Below are positions 1 through 8,853 of a stretch of DNA of 64,000 bases, piece by piece. This DNA is from Deltaproteobacteria bacterium (GTDB lineage: Bacteria > Bdellovibrionota_C > UBA2361 > OMII01). The translations under genes were made by a program, and so were the position numbers. The notes below the pieces were generated by a model that saw only the letters and a program-made list of their open reading frames with translations, did no database searches and had not been told where the DNA came from. Each line of letters opens with the position of its first letter. Position 1 is the first letter of the stretch. The stretch spans positions 6,691 to 70,690 of the forward strand of contig CANLCB010000001.1 of assembly GCA_947488865.1 (NCBI GenBank), written 5' to 3'.

Positions 1-519
1 ACGCGCATCGAGACCCCATACTTCTCCTATAACGCCTCGGCGGTGAATGTGCATCCATCGTTCAATCCCTCTTCGGTGTCTGATACATACGATGTCGCTG
101 TTGTTACCATTGGAAGTGACGCGCCCGTAAATCCGGTTCCAATTAATACCTCTCGACCAATTCAGGTTAATGATTCCGTTGTTACCTACGGATATGGTCT
201 CGACCAGAATGACCAGACCGCTTTCGAGCGTATTATAAATGGAGAGGTTCCCGTCAAAGCGACAACGCTCAACATCATAGGCGTTTCACCAAGTTCAGTT
301 AATTCTATCAGTAACGGAACGGGCGATACTTGCGCTGGCGATTCTGGGGGTTCGCTATTGCTCGATGGAAGTAATGGGGCTCCTGGTATCGTTGCTGTCG
401 TCCGAGCGGGGCCAAGCAATTGTGAAATTGAGACGGGTCCGAGCGATAATACGAATCTACAAAATCCTCAGGTTCTGAATTTCGTGCGAGGCGTAGCCCC
501 TGGCGCTCAGTTGAATTAA
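1..519 (+). CDS. trypsin-like (S1 family) serine protease, C-terminal part; 5' end lies upstream of the window
   Basis: Reading frame is open from nt 1 (the ORF-track Met at 43 is internal); 'CAGDSGGSLL' catalytic-Ser motif typical of chymotrypsin/trypsin fold; stop at 517-519. Confidence 0.8.
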   Translation, partial: TRIETPYFSYNASAVNVHPSFNPSSVSDTYDVAVVTIGSDAPVNPVPINTSRPIQVNDSVVTYGYGLDQNDQTAFERIINGEVPVKATTLNIIGVSPSSVNSISNGTGDTCAGDSGGSLLLDGSNGAPGIVAVVRAGPSNCEIETGPSDNTNLQNPQVLNFVRGVAPGAQLN

Positions 520-538
520 TCAACCTCGGCAATCAGGG

Positions 539-1015
539 ATATCTTTGTTCGCTCCAAGCATGGCTGCTGAGCATCCATGCGTCGCTCACGTGAAAAACGC
601 TCGCCGGCTCGCGTTTTGAGCGGATCATCCCTGGTCCAAATCCAGGTGGGGGATTGTTTGTACAGGGTGGAAAATTTGGAATGGCCCCACCTGGACTTGA
701 ACCAGGCATTCTTGTTCGCTCCAAGCATGGCTGCTGCGCATCCATGCGTCGCTCACATGAAAAACGCTCGCTGGCTCGCGTTTTGAGCGGATCATCCCTG
801 GTCCAAATCCAGGTGGGGGATTGTTTGTACAGGGTGGAAGATTTGGAATGGCCCCACCTGGACTTGAACCAGGCATTCTTGTTCGCTCCAAGCATGGCTG
901 CTGCGCATCCATGCGTCGCTCACATGAAAAACGCTCGCCGGCTCGCGTTTTGAGCGGATCATCCCTGGTCCAAATCCAGGTGGGGGATTGTTTGTACAGG
1001 GTGGAAAATTTGGAA

Positions 1016-1040
<25 letters not shown>
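539..1040. repeat. three head-to-tail copies of a ~167-bp unit (copies begin ~539, 707, 874); each copy ends with the 3'-terminal ~26 nt of the adjacent tRNA gene
   Basis: Direct reading: unit 'cattcttgttcgctccaagcatggctgctgcgcatccatgcgtcgctcacatgaaaaacgctcgccggctcgcgttttgagcggatcatccctggtccaaatccaggtgggggattgtttgtacagggtggaaaatttggaatggccccacctggacttgaaccagg' repeated with a few point differences (gag/gcg, cacg/cacatg, cgcc/cgct, aaaa/aaga); last copy runs into the complete tRNA. Confidence 0.9.
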
Positions 1041-1089
<49 letters not shown>

Positions 1090-1269
1090 TTACAGGAAAC
1101 TGCACGACTCGCGTGCGTTGTGCTGTTTTACAACTGAGTTCGATTGGGTGCAACCCTTAGGAGAATCGTTCCTCACGTGGCTCTTTTAAGGGGCTTGGCG
1201 TATCTTATTGATTGATAGAATGTCTTTCTGCCCGTACTATCGTCGTTTGTACAACCTGATAGGGGTCAC

Positions 1270-1995
1270 ATGGCTGATACGCAAGGTCCTCCCGCTCTTC
1301 CGATTCTTACCGAGATAAGCAAACTCGACGTTCAAATCGCGCTTCTTTCCGCTCAAAAGAAAAAACTGATTGGAGATGTCGCCGCTCGAAAGCAGGTGGT
1401 CGACGGTCACGCGGCCAAGAGCGCCGTTCGGGCCAAGGTGCTAGTGGACAAGCAGACTTTGTGTGCCAAAGAGGAGAAGAGTGTTAAGCACGAGCGGGAT
1501 CGCATCAATGAACGGCGCGCCGCTCTCAACACTCTCAACAACTACAAACTACAACAGGCCGCGGAGCGAGAGATCGATTATGTGGCGAAACAGATCGGTC
1601 AGCGTGAGGACCTGCTGCTCGGGTTGATGCGAGAGATCGAGGTCATACAGAAGGAAGTAGCGGACGCCGACGCGGTGATTAGAGGGTTGAGTGATGAGCT
1701 GACGGCTTTTGAGAAGGAGGCTTCTGAAACTATCCAAGGCATCGACGCGCAGCTTCAAACTCTTCAGGCAGAGAGAACCTCGCAGGCCGCTGGTCTTGCC
1801 GGACAGCGATGTCTGGTTGATTACAATAGAATTAAGGATCGTTTCCCAAGCAATCCGATCGTTGAGGTGCTCAATAGGGATAGTTGCGCGGGATGCTTCA
1901 TGAAATTAGGCCCGCAGGTGATAGTTCAAGTTTCCCGGGGAGATGTGGTAAAATGCCCGGGTTGCAGTCGAATACTTCGCTTAGCGGCTGAGTAA
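1270..1995 (+). CDS. coiled-coil protein with C-terminal C4 zinc-ribbon (COG1579-like Zn-ribbon protein)
   Basis: 241 aa; long heptad-like Q/E/R/L region; C-terminus CAGC...(17 aa)...CPGC zinc-ribbon pattern. Confidence 0.6.
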   Translation: MADTQGPPALPILTEISKLDVQIALLSAQKKKLIGDVAARKQVVDGHAAKSAVRAKVLVDKQTLCAKEEKSVKHERDRINERRAALNTLNNYKLQQAAEREIDYVAKQIGQREDLLLGLMREIEVIQKEVADADAVIRGLSDELTAFEKEASETIQGIDAQLQTLQAERTSQAAGLAGQRCLVDYNRIKDRFPSNPIVEVLNRDSCAGCFMKLGPQVIVQVSRGDVVKCPGCSRILRLAAE

Positions 1996-2005
1996 TTCTT
2001 CTAGC

Positions 2006-2430
2006 AGAGAGGAGTTGAGTGCGTGATCGCTTGGGGTAAAACCCGAGAGGAAAGTCGGGACTTCGCAGGGTAGGTTGGCCGTTAACGACGGCGCCGAGAG
2101 ATCGGCGGAAAGTGCCACAGAAAAGAAGACGACCTGCCCTCGCTTCGACAATCGTCGCATATGTCGCGGTTGTGGAAGCGGGGGTCGGAAACGGTGAAAC
2201 GGTGAGGTAAGAGCTCACCAGCACGGGGGTGACCTCGTGGCTTGGTAAACCCCAGCTGAAGCAAGACCGAATAGGAAGGCTTTTTCGTCGCAAGGCGAAA
2301 ACGTCGCGACCCGTGACGAGCCTTCGGGTAGCGTCGCTCGAGCCTATCGGCAACGGTAGGCCCAGATGAATGATCACACGGCTTCGTAAGAGGCTTTGAA
2401 CAGAATCCCGCTTACGGCTCGACTCCTCCC
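2006..2430 (+). ncRNA. rnpB: RNase P RNA (bacterial type A)
   Basis: Universally conserved blocks read directly: 'gagaggaaagtcgggacttcgcagggtagg' (GGAAAGUCCGGGCUCC region), 'ggtaagagctcaccag', 'ggtaaaccccagctgaagcaagaccgaatagg', 'cccagatgaatgatcacacggcttcgtaagaggctttgaacagaatcccgcttacgg'; P1 pairing gaggagttgag / ctcgactcctc closes the molecule. Confidence 0.9.
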
Positions 2431-2569
2431 TGGTGGATGAATTCGCCAAGGATATTTCCAGAACCCGTTGTGCGTTTCGCTTTCCATGAGCGAGAGACCG
2501 CCGTCGCGGCGGCCGAAAGTGGGTTTCATCATACCCACCACATTCACATACCAGTGAATCTACGCAGTC

Positions 2570-3124
2570 ATGAGAAGTTTTGTCTCTCGGAGAGCTCGGC
2601 TCTCTCAATTTTTCTTGGCTTTGTGGGTATTTTTCATGACACCGCTATCGCACGCTCTTGAGCCTCTACAAATCAAGGTCTCTAGCACCTCGTTTTCCGA
2701 AGGCGAAGAGATTCCAGCAATGTACACCTGTGATGGCGACGATATTTCGCCTCCCATCGAGTGGAGTGGGGTACCTCGAGGATCAAAGAGTATCGTTGTG
2801 AGTCTTGATGATCCTGATGCTCCGCACCGAATCTGGAATCACTGGTATGTATACGATATCTCGCCAAAAGTGACGCATCTTCCCGAAGGAGTGTCTGGTA
2901 AGGGGAAGCTCCCCGAGGGAAGTATCGAGGCGATTAATGATTTCGGTAAGCGCTCCTATGGCGGTCCGTGCCCTCCGAGGGGGACTCATCGCTACATTTT
3001 TACGGTTCGAGCTCTCGATGTTGAGATTAGGACGGCCGGGCTCTCTCGTTTAGAGGTTGAGCGACAAGTTTATGACCATGTTATCGCGGAAGGGCATCTG
3101 AAGGGGCGATATCGACGACAGTAG
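2570..3124 (+). CDS. YbhB/YbcL (PEBP/Raf-kinase-inhibitor-like) family periplasmic protein
   Basis: N-terminal signal peptide; 'DDPDAP...HW' and 'GPCPPRGTHRYIFTVRALD' family motifs. Confidence 0.8.
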   Translation: MRSFVSRRARLSQFFLALWVFFMTPLSHALEPLQIKVSSTSFSEGEEIPAMYTCDGDDISPPIEWSGVPRGSKSIVVSLDDPDAPHRIWNHWYVYDISPKVTHLPEGVSGKGKLPEGSIEAINDFGKRSYGGPCPPRGTHRYIFTVRALDVEIRTAGLSRLEVERQVYDHVIAEGHLKGRYRRQ

Positions 3125-3144
3125 CGTTCCTTATTGCGAGCGGA

Positions 3145-4230
3145 CTACGAGTTTTGTGCTTTGTGTCGAAGATAGTGATCCATCAACACGAGGGCGGTCA
3201 TGGCGTCAACGATCGGCACGGCGCGAGGAAGGACGCACGGATCGTGGCGGCCTGAAGCCTCAAGCTTTGTCGGAGTTCCCTCGACGGTCACCGTTTCTTG
3301 CGGTTTCGCGATAGTCGCCACCGGCTTAAACGCCACTCTGAACGTGATGTTCTCTCCGTTTGATATTCCGCCCAGCACTCCCCCGGAGTTGTTAGTTCTT
3401 GTAGAGATGTCTCCGTGTTCATTAACGAAGAAGGCGTCGTTGTGTTCACTGCCTTTAAGGTGCACCGCGTTGAATCCTAGTCCGACCTCAAAGCCTTTTA
3501 CGGCGTTAATGCTCAGCATCGCTTTCCCAAGGTCGGCGTGAAGTTTGTCGAATACAGGTTCTCCAAGACCGGCGGGGACGCCACGCGCTACTCCTCGAAT
3601 TATGCCACCAATCGAATCGCCCTCGTTTTGAACTGTCCTGACGAAGTCGATCATGCGTGGCGCGACGGCTGGATCGGGGCAACGTATGATTGTCGCTTCA
3701 ATGTCCTTCTGAGTCACATCGTTGTGATCTAGCGATGTTGAGATTGAGCCGACCTGCTCCACATAGCTCAACACCTCAATACCCAGGCTCTCCTTTAAAA
3801 ATTTGAGGGCGATCGCGCCTGCCGCTACACGACCGAGAGTCTCTCGCGCGGATGAGCGTCCGCTTCCTCTCCAATCGCGTAGTCCGTACTTAGCGAGGTA
3901 TGTGAAATCGGCGTGCGACGGACGAAAGATTCGCTTAAGGTGGTCGTAGTCCTCTGAGCGAACATCTTTGTTAAAGGCGAGAAGAAGGATCGGTGTTCCG
4001 GTTGTTACGCCTTCAAAAACACCGCTTAGGATCTGGATAGTGTCCTCTTCTTTGCGAGGAGTGGTGATATCGCTTTGTCCTGGCTTTCGACGATCGAGTT
4101 GTTTTTGAATGTCGCTCGCCGAAAGTGAGAGTCCCGGAGGGCAGCCATCGACGACTACTCCGACGGCGCCGCCGTGAGATTCTCCGAATGTGGTAATTCG
4201 AAAGATATCGCCAAAGGAATTGCCTGCCAT
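3145..4230 (-). CDS. aroC: chorismate synthase
   Basis: 361 aa; 'GESHG' N-terminal motif, '[17 protein letters not shown]' signature. Confidence 0.9.
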   Translation of the reverse strand: MAGNSFGDIFRITTFGESHGGAVGVVVDGCPPGLSLSASDIQKQLDRRKPGQSDITTPRKEEDTIQILSGVFEGVTTGTPILLLAFNKDVRSEDYDHLKRIFRPSHADFTYLAKYGLRDWRGSGRSSARETLGRVAAGAIALKFLKESLGIEVLSYVEQVGSISTSLDHNDVTQKDIEATIIRCPDPAVAPRMIDFVRTVQNEGDSIGGIIRGVARGVPAGLGEPVFDKLHADLGKAMLSINAVKGFEVGLGFNAVHLKGSEHNDAFFVNEHGDISTRTNNSGGVLGGISNGENITFRVAFKPVATIAKPQETVTVEGTPTKLEASGRHDPCVLPRAVPIVDAMTALVLMDHYLRHKAQNS

Positions 4231-4258
4231 TGGATGGGTCCTCTATTTGCTCAAAGGT

Positions 4259-4951
4259 TTATCCCAGAGCTTGCATGATCGAATCTAATTTATCCACGGT
4301 CAGTTGTCCCGCCGCTGAGCGTCCGCTCGTCTCGAGTGGGGCAAAAGCCATCTCGTTGCCCCATACCGAACCGAAGATTCGGGTAATGACGCCGTGCTTG
4401 CCCATGCCTGTTACGATACTCTTCTGGCCAGATTCTCTCAGGTCAATCAAAAGAGAGAGAAGTCGAAGAGCGTCACGTTGGGTTGTGCAGTGAGTCGCGA
4501 TCTTAATGACGTGGGCGTTCCATCCCTTCATTCGATTCACAATCGAGCGTAACTCAGTGTCCGATGGAGTCTGAGAGTAGTTGTGGTACGAGAGAAGAGT
4601 TTTTACTCCCACTCTGTTTGCCTGGAGGCGGGTGATGTCGTCCGCTTGGCAGGTGATATCGAGATCAACAAGCACTTGCTTCCTCGCAAGGGTTGACATG
4701 ATCTTAAGCCGCTCCTCAGATGAGAGCTTCATAGCTCCGAGGTTTTGCCGCCGGAAGATCATCACGAGGCGGTTGGGGTATTGGCCAACGAGAGACGCCG
4801 GGAATCCGGTGTCCATATCCTCGATGTAGTCGAGCCACACTTCCGCGTATCGATAGCGGTTTATATTTTTCTTGAGGACCTCTTCGACCTCCGCGCGAGA
4901 GCGCTTGATGATCGGAAGGCAATACTTGTTATCAACACGAGCAGCACACAT
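4259..4951 (-). CDS. aroD: 3-dehydroquinate dehydratase, type I
   Basis: 230 aa; Schiff-base Lys context 'HVIKIAT', 'SYHNY' motif typical of type I DHQase. Confidence 0.8.
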   Translation of the reverse strand: MCAARVDNKYCLPIIKRSRAEVEEVLKKNINRYRYAEVWLDYIEDMDTGFPASLVGQYPNRLVMIFRRQNLGAMKLSSEERLKIMSTLARKQVLVDLDITCQADDITRLQANRVGVKTLLSYHNYSQTPSDTELRSIVNRMKGWNAHVIKIATHCTTQRDALRLLSLLIDLRESGQKSIVTGMGKHGVITRIFGSVWGNEMAFAPLETSGRSAAGQLTVDKLDSIMQALG

Positions 4952-5100
4952 AGAGTTTGTCGTTCAAGAAACGTTGAGAGGCGACCATAAAAAAGTCGCG
5001 TATCTCGCGTAAAGTATTCCTCAGTTGGCGTTCGGACGTTCGCCCCTTGGAAGCGACAAGTATACGAAAAACGCCAGGGTTGGTCACGCCCCAAGACTAG

Positions 5101-5925
5101 CTAAGAAGCAGAAATAATTTGCGACATGACCTCTCTGGGGGCCTTGACACCCGTATGGAGCTCGAATTGCGCGGCGCCTTGTTCAAGGAACATTTCCGAT
5201 CCTCGAATTATTTTTGATCCAACTAATTGCGCGTCTTTCAACAATGTGGTGGAGGCTGGTGAGTAGATCGTTTCAAAGACGATGTGATGAGGCTGAACCG
5301 TGCCCTGAGGAAGAGGGGATGTTGACTCGTTTCCGATCATGCCAAGTGACGTAGTGTTGATGATGATCTCGTTACGAGCGACGTCGTCCGTGTCTTCAAG
5401 TGAACGCGCGGAGCAGGCGAAGGTTGAGGCGAGATCTTCGGCCGTCGAAAGCGTTCGATTGAATACCGTTACTGAAGCGCCTCCTCGCAGCGCCGCGTAG
5501 ATGGCGGCTTTGGCTGCGCCTCCCGCTCCGAGAATCGCGACTTTTTTCTGAGCGAGAGATGTTATTCGCTCAAGTGGGCGAAGAATTCCTAGCCAGTCGG
5601 TGTTGTAGCCTGTGAGCTTTCCATCAGTGAGGATTACAGTATTAACAGCTCCGATCGTTTGAGCGGTTTGATCCACGGAGTCCAAGAATTCAAGGATTGC
5701 GACTTTATGGGGCATAGTTACCGCGAGTCCACGAATGTTAAGCGCGCGCATGCCGTGAAGCGCTTCACGTAGAGAGCTAGCCTCTACACGAGCTGCGGCC
5801 ATGACAAAAGGAAGGTTGAGCGCGGCGTACGCGGCATTGTGCATCGCTGGAGAGAGACTATGAGAAACTGGGTCTCCAATGATGAGGCAAAGGGAGGATT
5901 TGCCGGTTATAGACTGAGACATCAT
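5101..5925 (-). CDS. aroE: shikimate dehydrogenase
   Basis: 274 aa; 'GDPVSHSLSP', 'GYNTD', Rossmann 'ILGAGGAAKAA'. Confidence 0.85.
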   Translation of the reverse strand: MMSQSITGKSSLCLIIGDPVSHSLSPAMHNAAYAALNLPFVMAAARVEASSLREALHGMRALNIRGLAVTMPHKVAILEFLDSVDQTAQTIGAVNTVILTDGKLTGYNTDWLGILRPLERITSLAQKKVAILGAGGAAKAAIYAALRGGASVTVFNRTLSTAEDLASTFACSARSLEDTDDVARNEIIINTTSLGMIGNESTSPLPQGTVQPHHIVFETIYSPASTTLLKDAQLVGSKIIRGSEMFLEQGAAQFELHTGVKAPREVMSQIISAS

Positions 5926-6440
5926 GATCGTAGCTCCAAATGGGAGAGTATCTCCGAGCAGATATCCTCAGCCGTTTTCCTGTCTGTGTCTATGATGAGA
6001 TCGGCGTGCCCTTCGTAGACAGAGGCTCGTTGTTCAAAGAGAGCTCGCGCTTGGACCCCGTCTCGGAAAAGTGGGCGAGAGGATATGTCAGTGACGCGAC
6101 CACAAATAGTTTCAAATGTCGTACGGAGAAAAATAACAAGTCCGCCGTTCGCTCTGAGATTCTCAATGTTGGAAGGATTTGTGACGACTCCTCCCCCTGT
6201 CGATACCACAGCGGTTGTGACGTTCCTTAAGTCTTGAGCTACCTGAGACTCTATCGTCCGAAAAAACGGTTCTCCGTGCTTCTCAAAGATTTCGGGTATT
6301 GAAGAAAGTCCAGACCGCTCAACGATTATCGAATCCATCTCCCGTCCCGTGTAGCCGAGCCTGGGAGCCAGTTGCTCAGCGACCGTGCTCTTTCCAGAAC
6401 CCATGAATCCGATGAGAATGATTTTTGATGGGTATGCCAT
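5922..6440 (-). CDS. aroK: shikimate kinase (start placed at MAYPSK; the ORF-track start at 6497 would overlap aroA)
   Basis: P-loop 'GFMGSGKSTV'; ~170 aa typical length. Confidence 0.85.
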   Translation of the reverse strand: MAYPSKIILIGFMGSGKSTVAEQLAPRLGYTGREMDSIIVERSGLSSIPEIFEKHGEPFFRTIESQVAQDLRNVTTAVVSTGGGVVTNPSNIENLRANGGLVIFLRTTFETICGRVTDISSRPLFRDGVQARALFEQRASVYEGHADLIIDTDRKTAEDICSEILSHLELRS

Positions 6441-6457
6441 AAGGTCGCACAATTCCT

Positions 6458-7756
6458 CTAGTCGACTTGGATCCCCGCTTTGATGAGCATGTCCCAAAAA
6501 TTTGGGAACGATTTATCAACGACCTGAGGTTCCTCTATCTCGATTCCAGAGAATTTGCTTGCGAGCATCGCGAACGACATCGCCATGCGATGGTCGTCGT
6601 AGGTTTTGATCATCGCTCCGCTTGGGGCTCCTCCGTGAACGATCAGAGAGTCAGGACCGGTTTCGCTGGATATTCCGAGCTTCTCCAATTCGGTGTGAAG
6701 CGCCTCTATTCGGTCGGTTTCTTTCAACCGCAGGGTGCTGAGGCCTCGAATGGTTGTCGTTCCCTCAGCGCAGGCCGCAATGACGGCGAGAGTCTGAGCA
6801 GTATCTGGCATGCTAGACATGTCTATGTCGATCGCTGAGAGCTTCTTAGCTCCTCGAACAGTGATGGAGCGAGACTCTTGAGAAACGGAGCATCCCATTC
6901 GAGCTAGAATTTCAGGGAAATGAATGTCTCCTTGGGCGGAACGGGGATTTACATTCCGAACGGTTATTTGGCCGCCCGAGATGGCGGCGAGGCCCCACAG
7001 GTACGACGCGCCAGAGGCATCTCCCTCAACTTGAAAGGCTTGAGCTTTGAATTGCTGTCCTGGCGCGTAGGTGTATCGCTGATACTTGTCGTTCGATATC
7101 GTGACGCCGAACTCCGCGATACTCTGAATGGTCATGTCGATGTACGGCTTTGATATTTGCTCTCCGCGAATTTCGATACATAGTTTCGCTGAGTTTAGCG
7201 GCGCTGTGAGGAGTAGTGCTGAGATGAATTGGCTGCTCACTGAACCATCAACCGCGATGGATCCTCCTTTGAGATGAGAGCGGGAGTGGATATGAAGAGG
7301 CGGGCACCCTTCTGTGCCGATGTAGTCGATCTCCGCTCCGAGCGCTTGAAGAGCGGTGACGAGTTCGCGAATTGGACGCGCGTGCATGCGTTCGCTACCC
7401 TTTAGGATTACATCGATTCCAGAAATGCCGGCGCATAGCGCCGTTAGAAAGCGCATCGTGGTCCCAGCCGGACCTACATGGATCTCCCCTTTGTACGGAG
7501 TAAAGGCGCCTCCACATCCGTCTACGACGAGGGTTGTGCCGGCTTGGGTCTGTTGTTCCTCAATGGAAACTCCGAGAAGCCGTAGGGCTTTTATCATCGC
7601 GTCGCTATCGGTGCTTAGCGAGGCTGATGTAATTGTGGATACACCAGAGGCCAACGCCGCTGTTATGAGGGCGCGGTTCGTGTAGCTTTTAGAGCCCGGT
7701 ACTTCCAACGTAATATGCGGCGGTAATGAAGGAGGGGAGAGGCGCGCGATTTTCAT
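6458..7756 (-). CDS. aroA: 3-phosphoshikimate 1-carboxyvinyltransferase (EPSP synthase)
   Basis: 432 aa; 'LPGSKSYTNRAL' N-terminal signature. Confidence 0.9.
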   Translation of the reverse strand: MKIARLSPPSLPPHITLEVPGSKSYTNRALITAALASGVSTITSASLSTDSDAMIKALRLLGVSIEEQQTQAGTTLVVDGCGGAFTPYKGEIHVGPAGTTMRFLTALCAGISGIDVILKGSERMHARPIRELVTALQALGAEIDYIGTEGCPPLHIHSRSHLKGGSIAVDGSVSSQFISALLLTAPLNSAKLCIEIRGEQISKPYIDMTIQSIAEFGVTISNDKYQRYTYAPGQQFKAQAFQVEGDASGASYLWGLAAISGGQITVRNVNPRSAQGDIHFPEILARMGCSVSQESRSITVRGAKKLSAIDIDMSSMPDTAQTLAVIAACAEGTTTIRGLSTLRLKETDRIEALHTELEKLGISSETGPDSLIVHGGAPSGAMIKTYDDHRMAMSFAMLASKFSGIEIEEPQVVDKSFPNFWDMLIKAGIQVD

Positions 7757-7767
7757 TGTGTAGAACC

Positions 7768-8850
7768 TCAGGGTTGAATTCTTTTAAGGGCTTCAGTGAT
7801 GAGCGCTTCAGGGATTTCGACATCGAACATCGCGAGTCCAATCTTTTCGAGGAGGGTCCATTTTACGGCTCCTCCCACGTTTTTTTTGTCTCTCCCGAGA
7901 GCTTCTCTAATTTCCTGAATGGAGAGCGGCTCTGAAAGTCGTATCGGAAGTCCGGCCCCTGACAGTCCTCTCTCGATTATCGCAAGCTCATGTTCTGAAA
8001 TCTTTCCAAGGCGGTAAGAGATGAAAGATTCTCCATACATTCCGATGGATATGGCCTCGCCATGGGTGAGGGTTGGCCCCTTTCGCATCGAGAGTGATTC
8101 GATCGCGTGGCCGATCGAGTGGCCGAAATTGAGAGTTTTGCGAAGTCCTTGCTCAGACTCATCCGCCTCAACGACACATTTCTTTATCTCACAGGAACGG
8201 AATACGAGGTCGACCAGCTCGTCGGGTGACCATGACTCACAAGGACGAGAGGATGCTTTCGCAAAATACTCTGCGTCTTGAATCAGTCCGTGTTTGATAA
8301 TTTCCGCGTAACCCGATCGAAGTTCTCGTGGCGGGAGTGTGGCGAGTGAATCGATATCGATGATAACAGCCTTCGGTTGAGAGATTGACCCGATGAGGTT
8401 TTTTACTCCCTTAAAATTGATTCCCGATTTGCCGCCTATGCTCGCGTCGACCTGCGCAAGAAGGGTGGTTGGGATATTAGCGGTCGCGATTCCTCGCATG
8501 TAGGTTGCCGCCGCGAATCCAACCAAATCACTCGAAGCGCCGCCTCCCACGCATATGACAAGCGAGCGGCGGTCTAGTTGCCGCTCGTGAAAGAAGCTCC
8601 ACAATGTCAGTAGCCCATCAGGACTTTTTTGTCCTTCACCTCCAGAAATGGTTAGGATCTGAGAGTCTTTGAGGCTGAGAACTTTTTGAAGAGCGCTCGT
8701 TGTTACATGGGCCCCAGAATCGGCCACGACAGCTATCGTCGAGTGTTTTTCAACGGACAGGATCGACGCGATTGAAGCGATGAGGCCTCGGCCCACCAGT
8801 AGGGTGGACCGAGATTCGACACGGGCTACGCTAACCTCTAAAGACGGCAT
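7768..8850 (-). CDS. aroB: 3-dehydroquinate synthase
   Basis: 360 aa; 'GGGASSDLVGFAAATYMRGI' NAD-binding, metal-binding His residues. Confidence 0.9.
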   Translation of the reverse strand: MPSLEVSVARVESRSTLLVGRGLIASIASILSVEKHSTIAVVADSGAHVTTSALQKVLSLKDSQILTISGGEGQKSPDGLLTLWSFFHERQLDRRSLVICVGGGASSDLVGFAAATYMRGIATANIPTTLLAQVDASIGGKSGINFKGVKNLIGSISQPKAVIIDIDSLATLPPRELRSGYAEIIKHGLIQDAEYFAKASSRPCESWSPDELVDLVFRSCEIKKCVVEADESEQGLRKTLNFGHSIGHAIESLSMRKGPTLTHGEAISIGMYGESFISYRLGKISEHELAIIERGLSGAGLPIRLSEPLSIQEIREALGRDKKNVGGAVKWTLLEKIGLAMFDVEIPEALITEALKRIQP

Positions 8851-8853
8851 TTC

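Noticed and set aside
1898-2608. 236-aa and 60-aa minus-strand ORFs (1898-2608, 2082-2264)
   Set aside because: They lie antisense to, and entirely within, the RNase P RNA gene; Arg/Ser-rich composition typical of non-coding translation.
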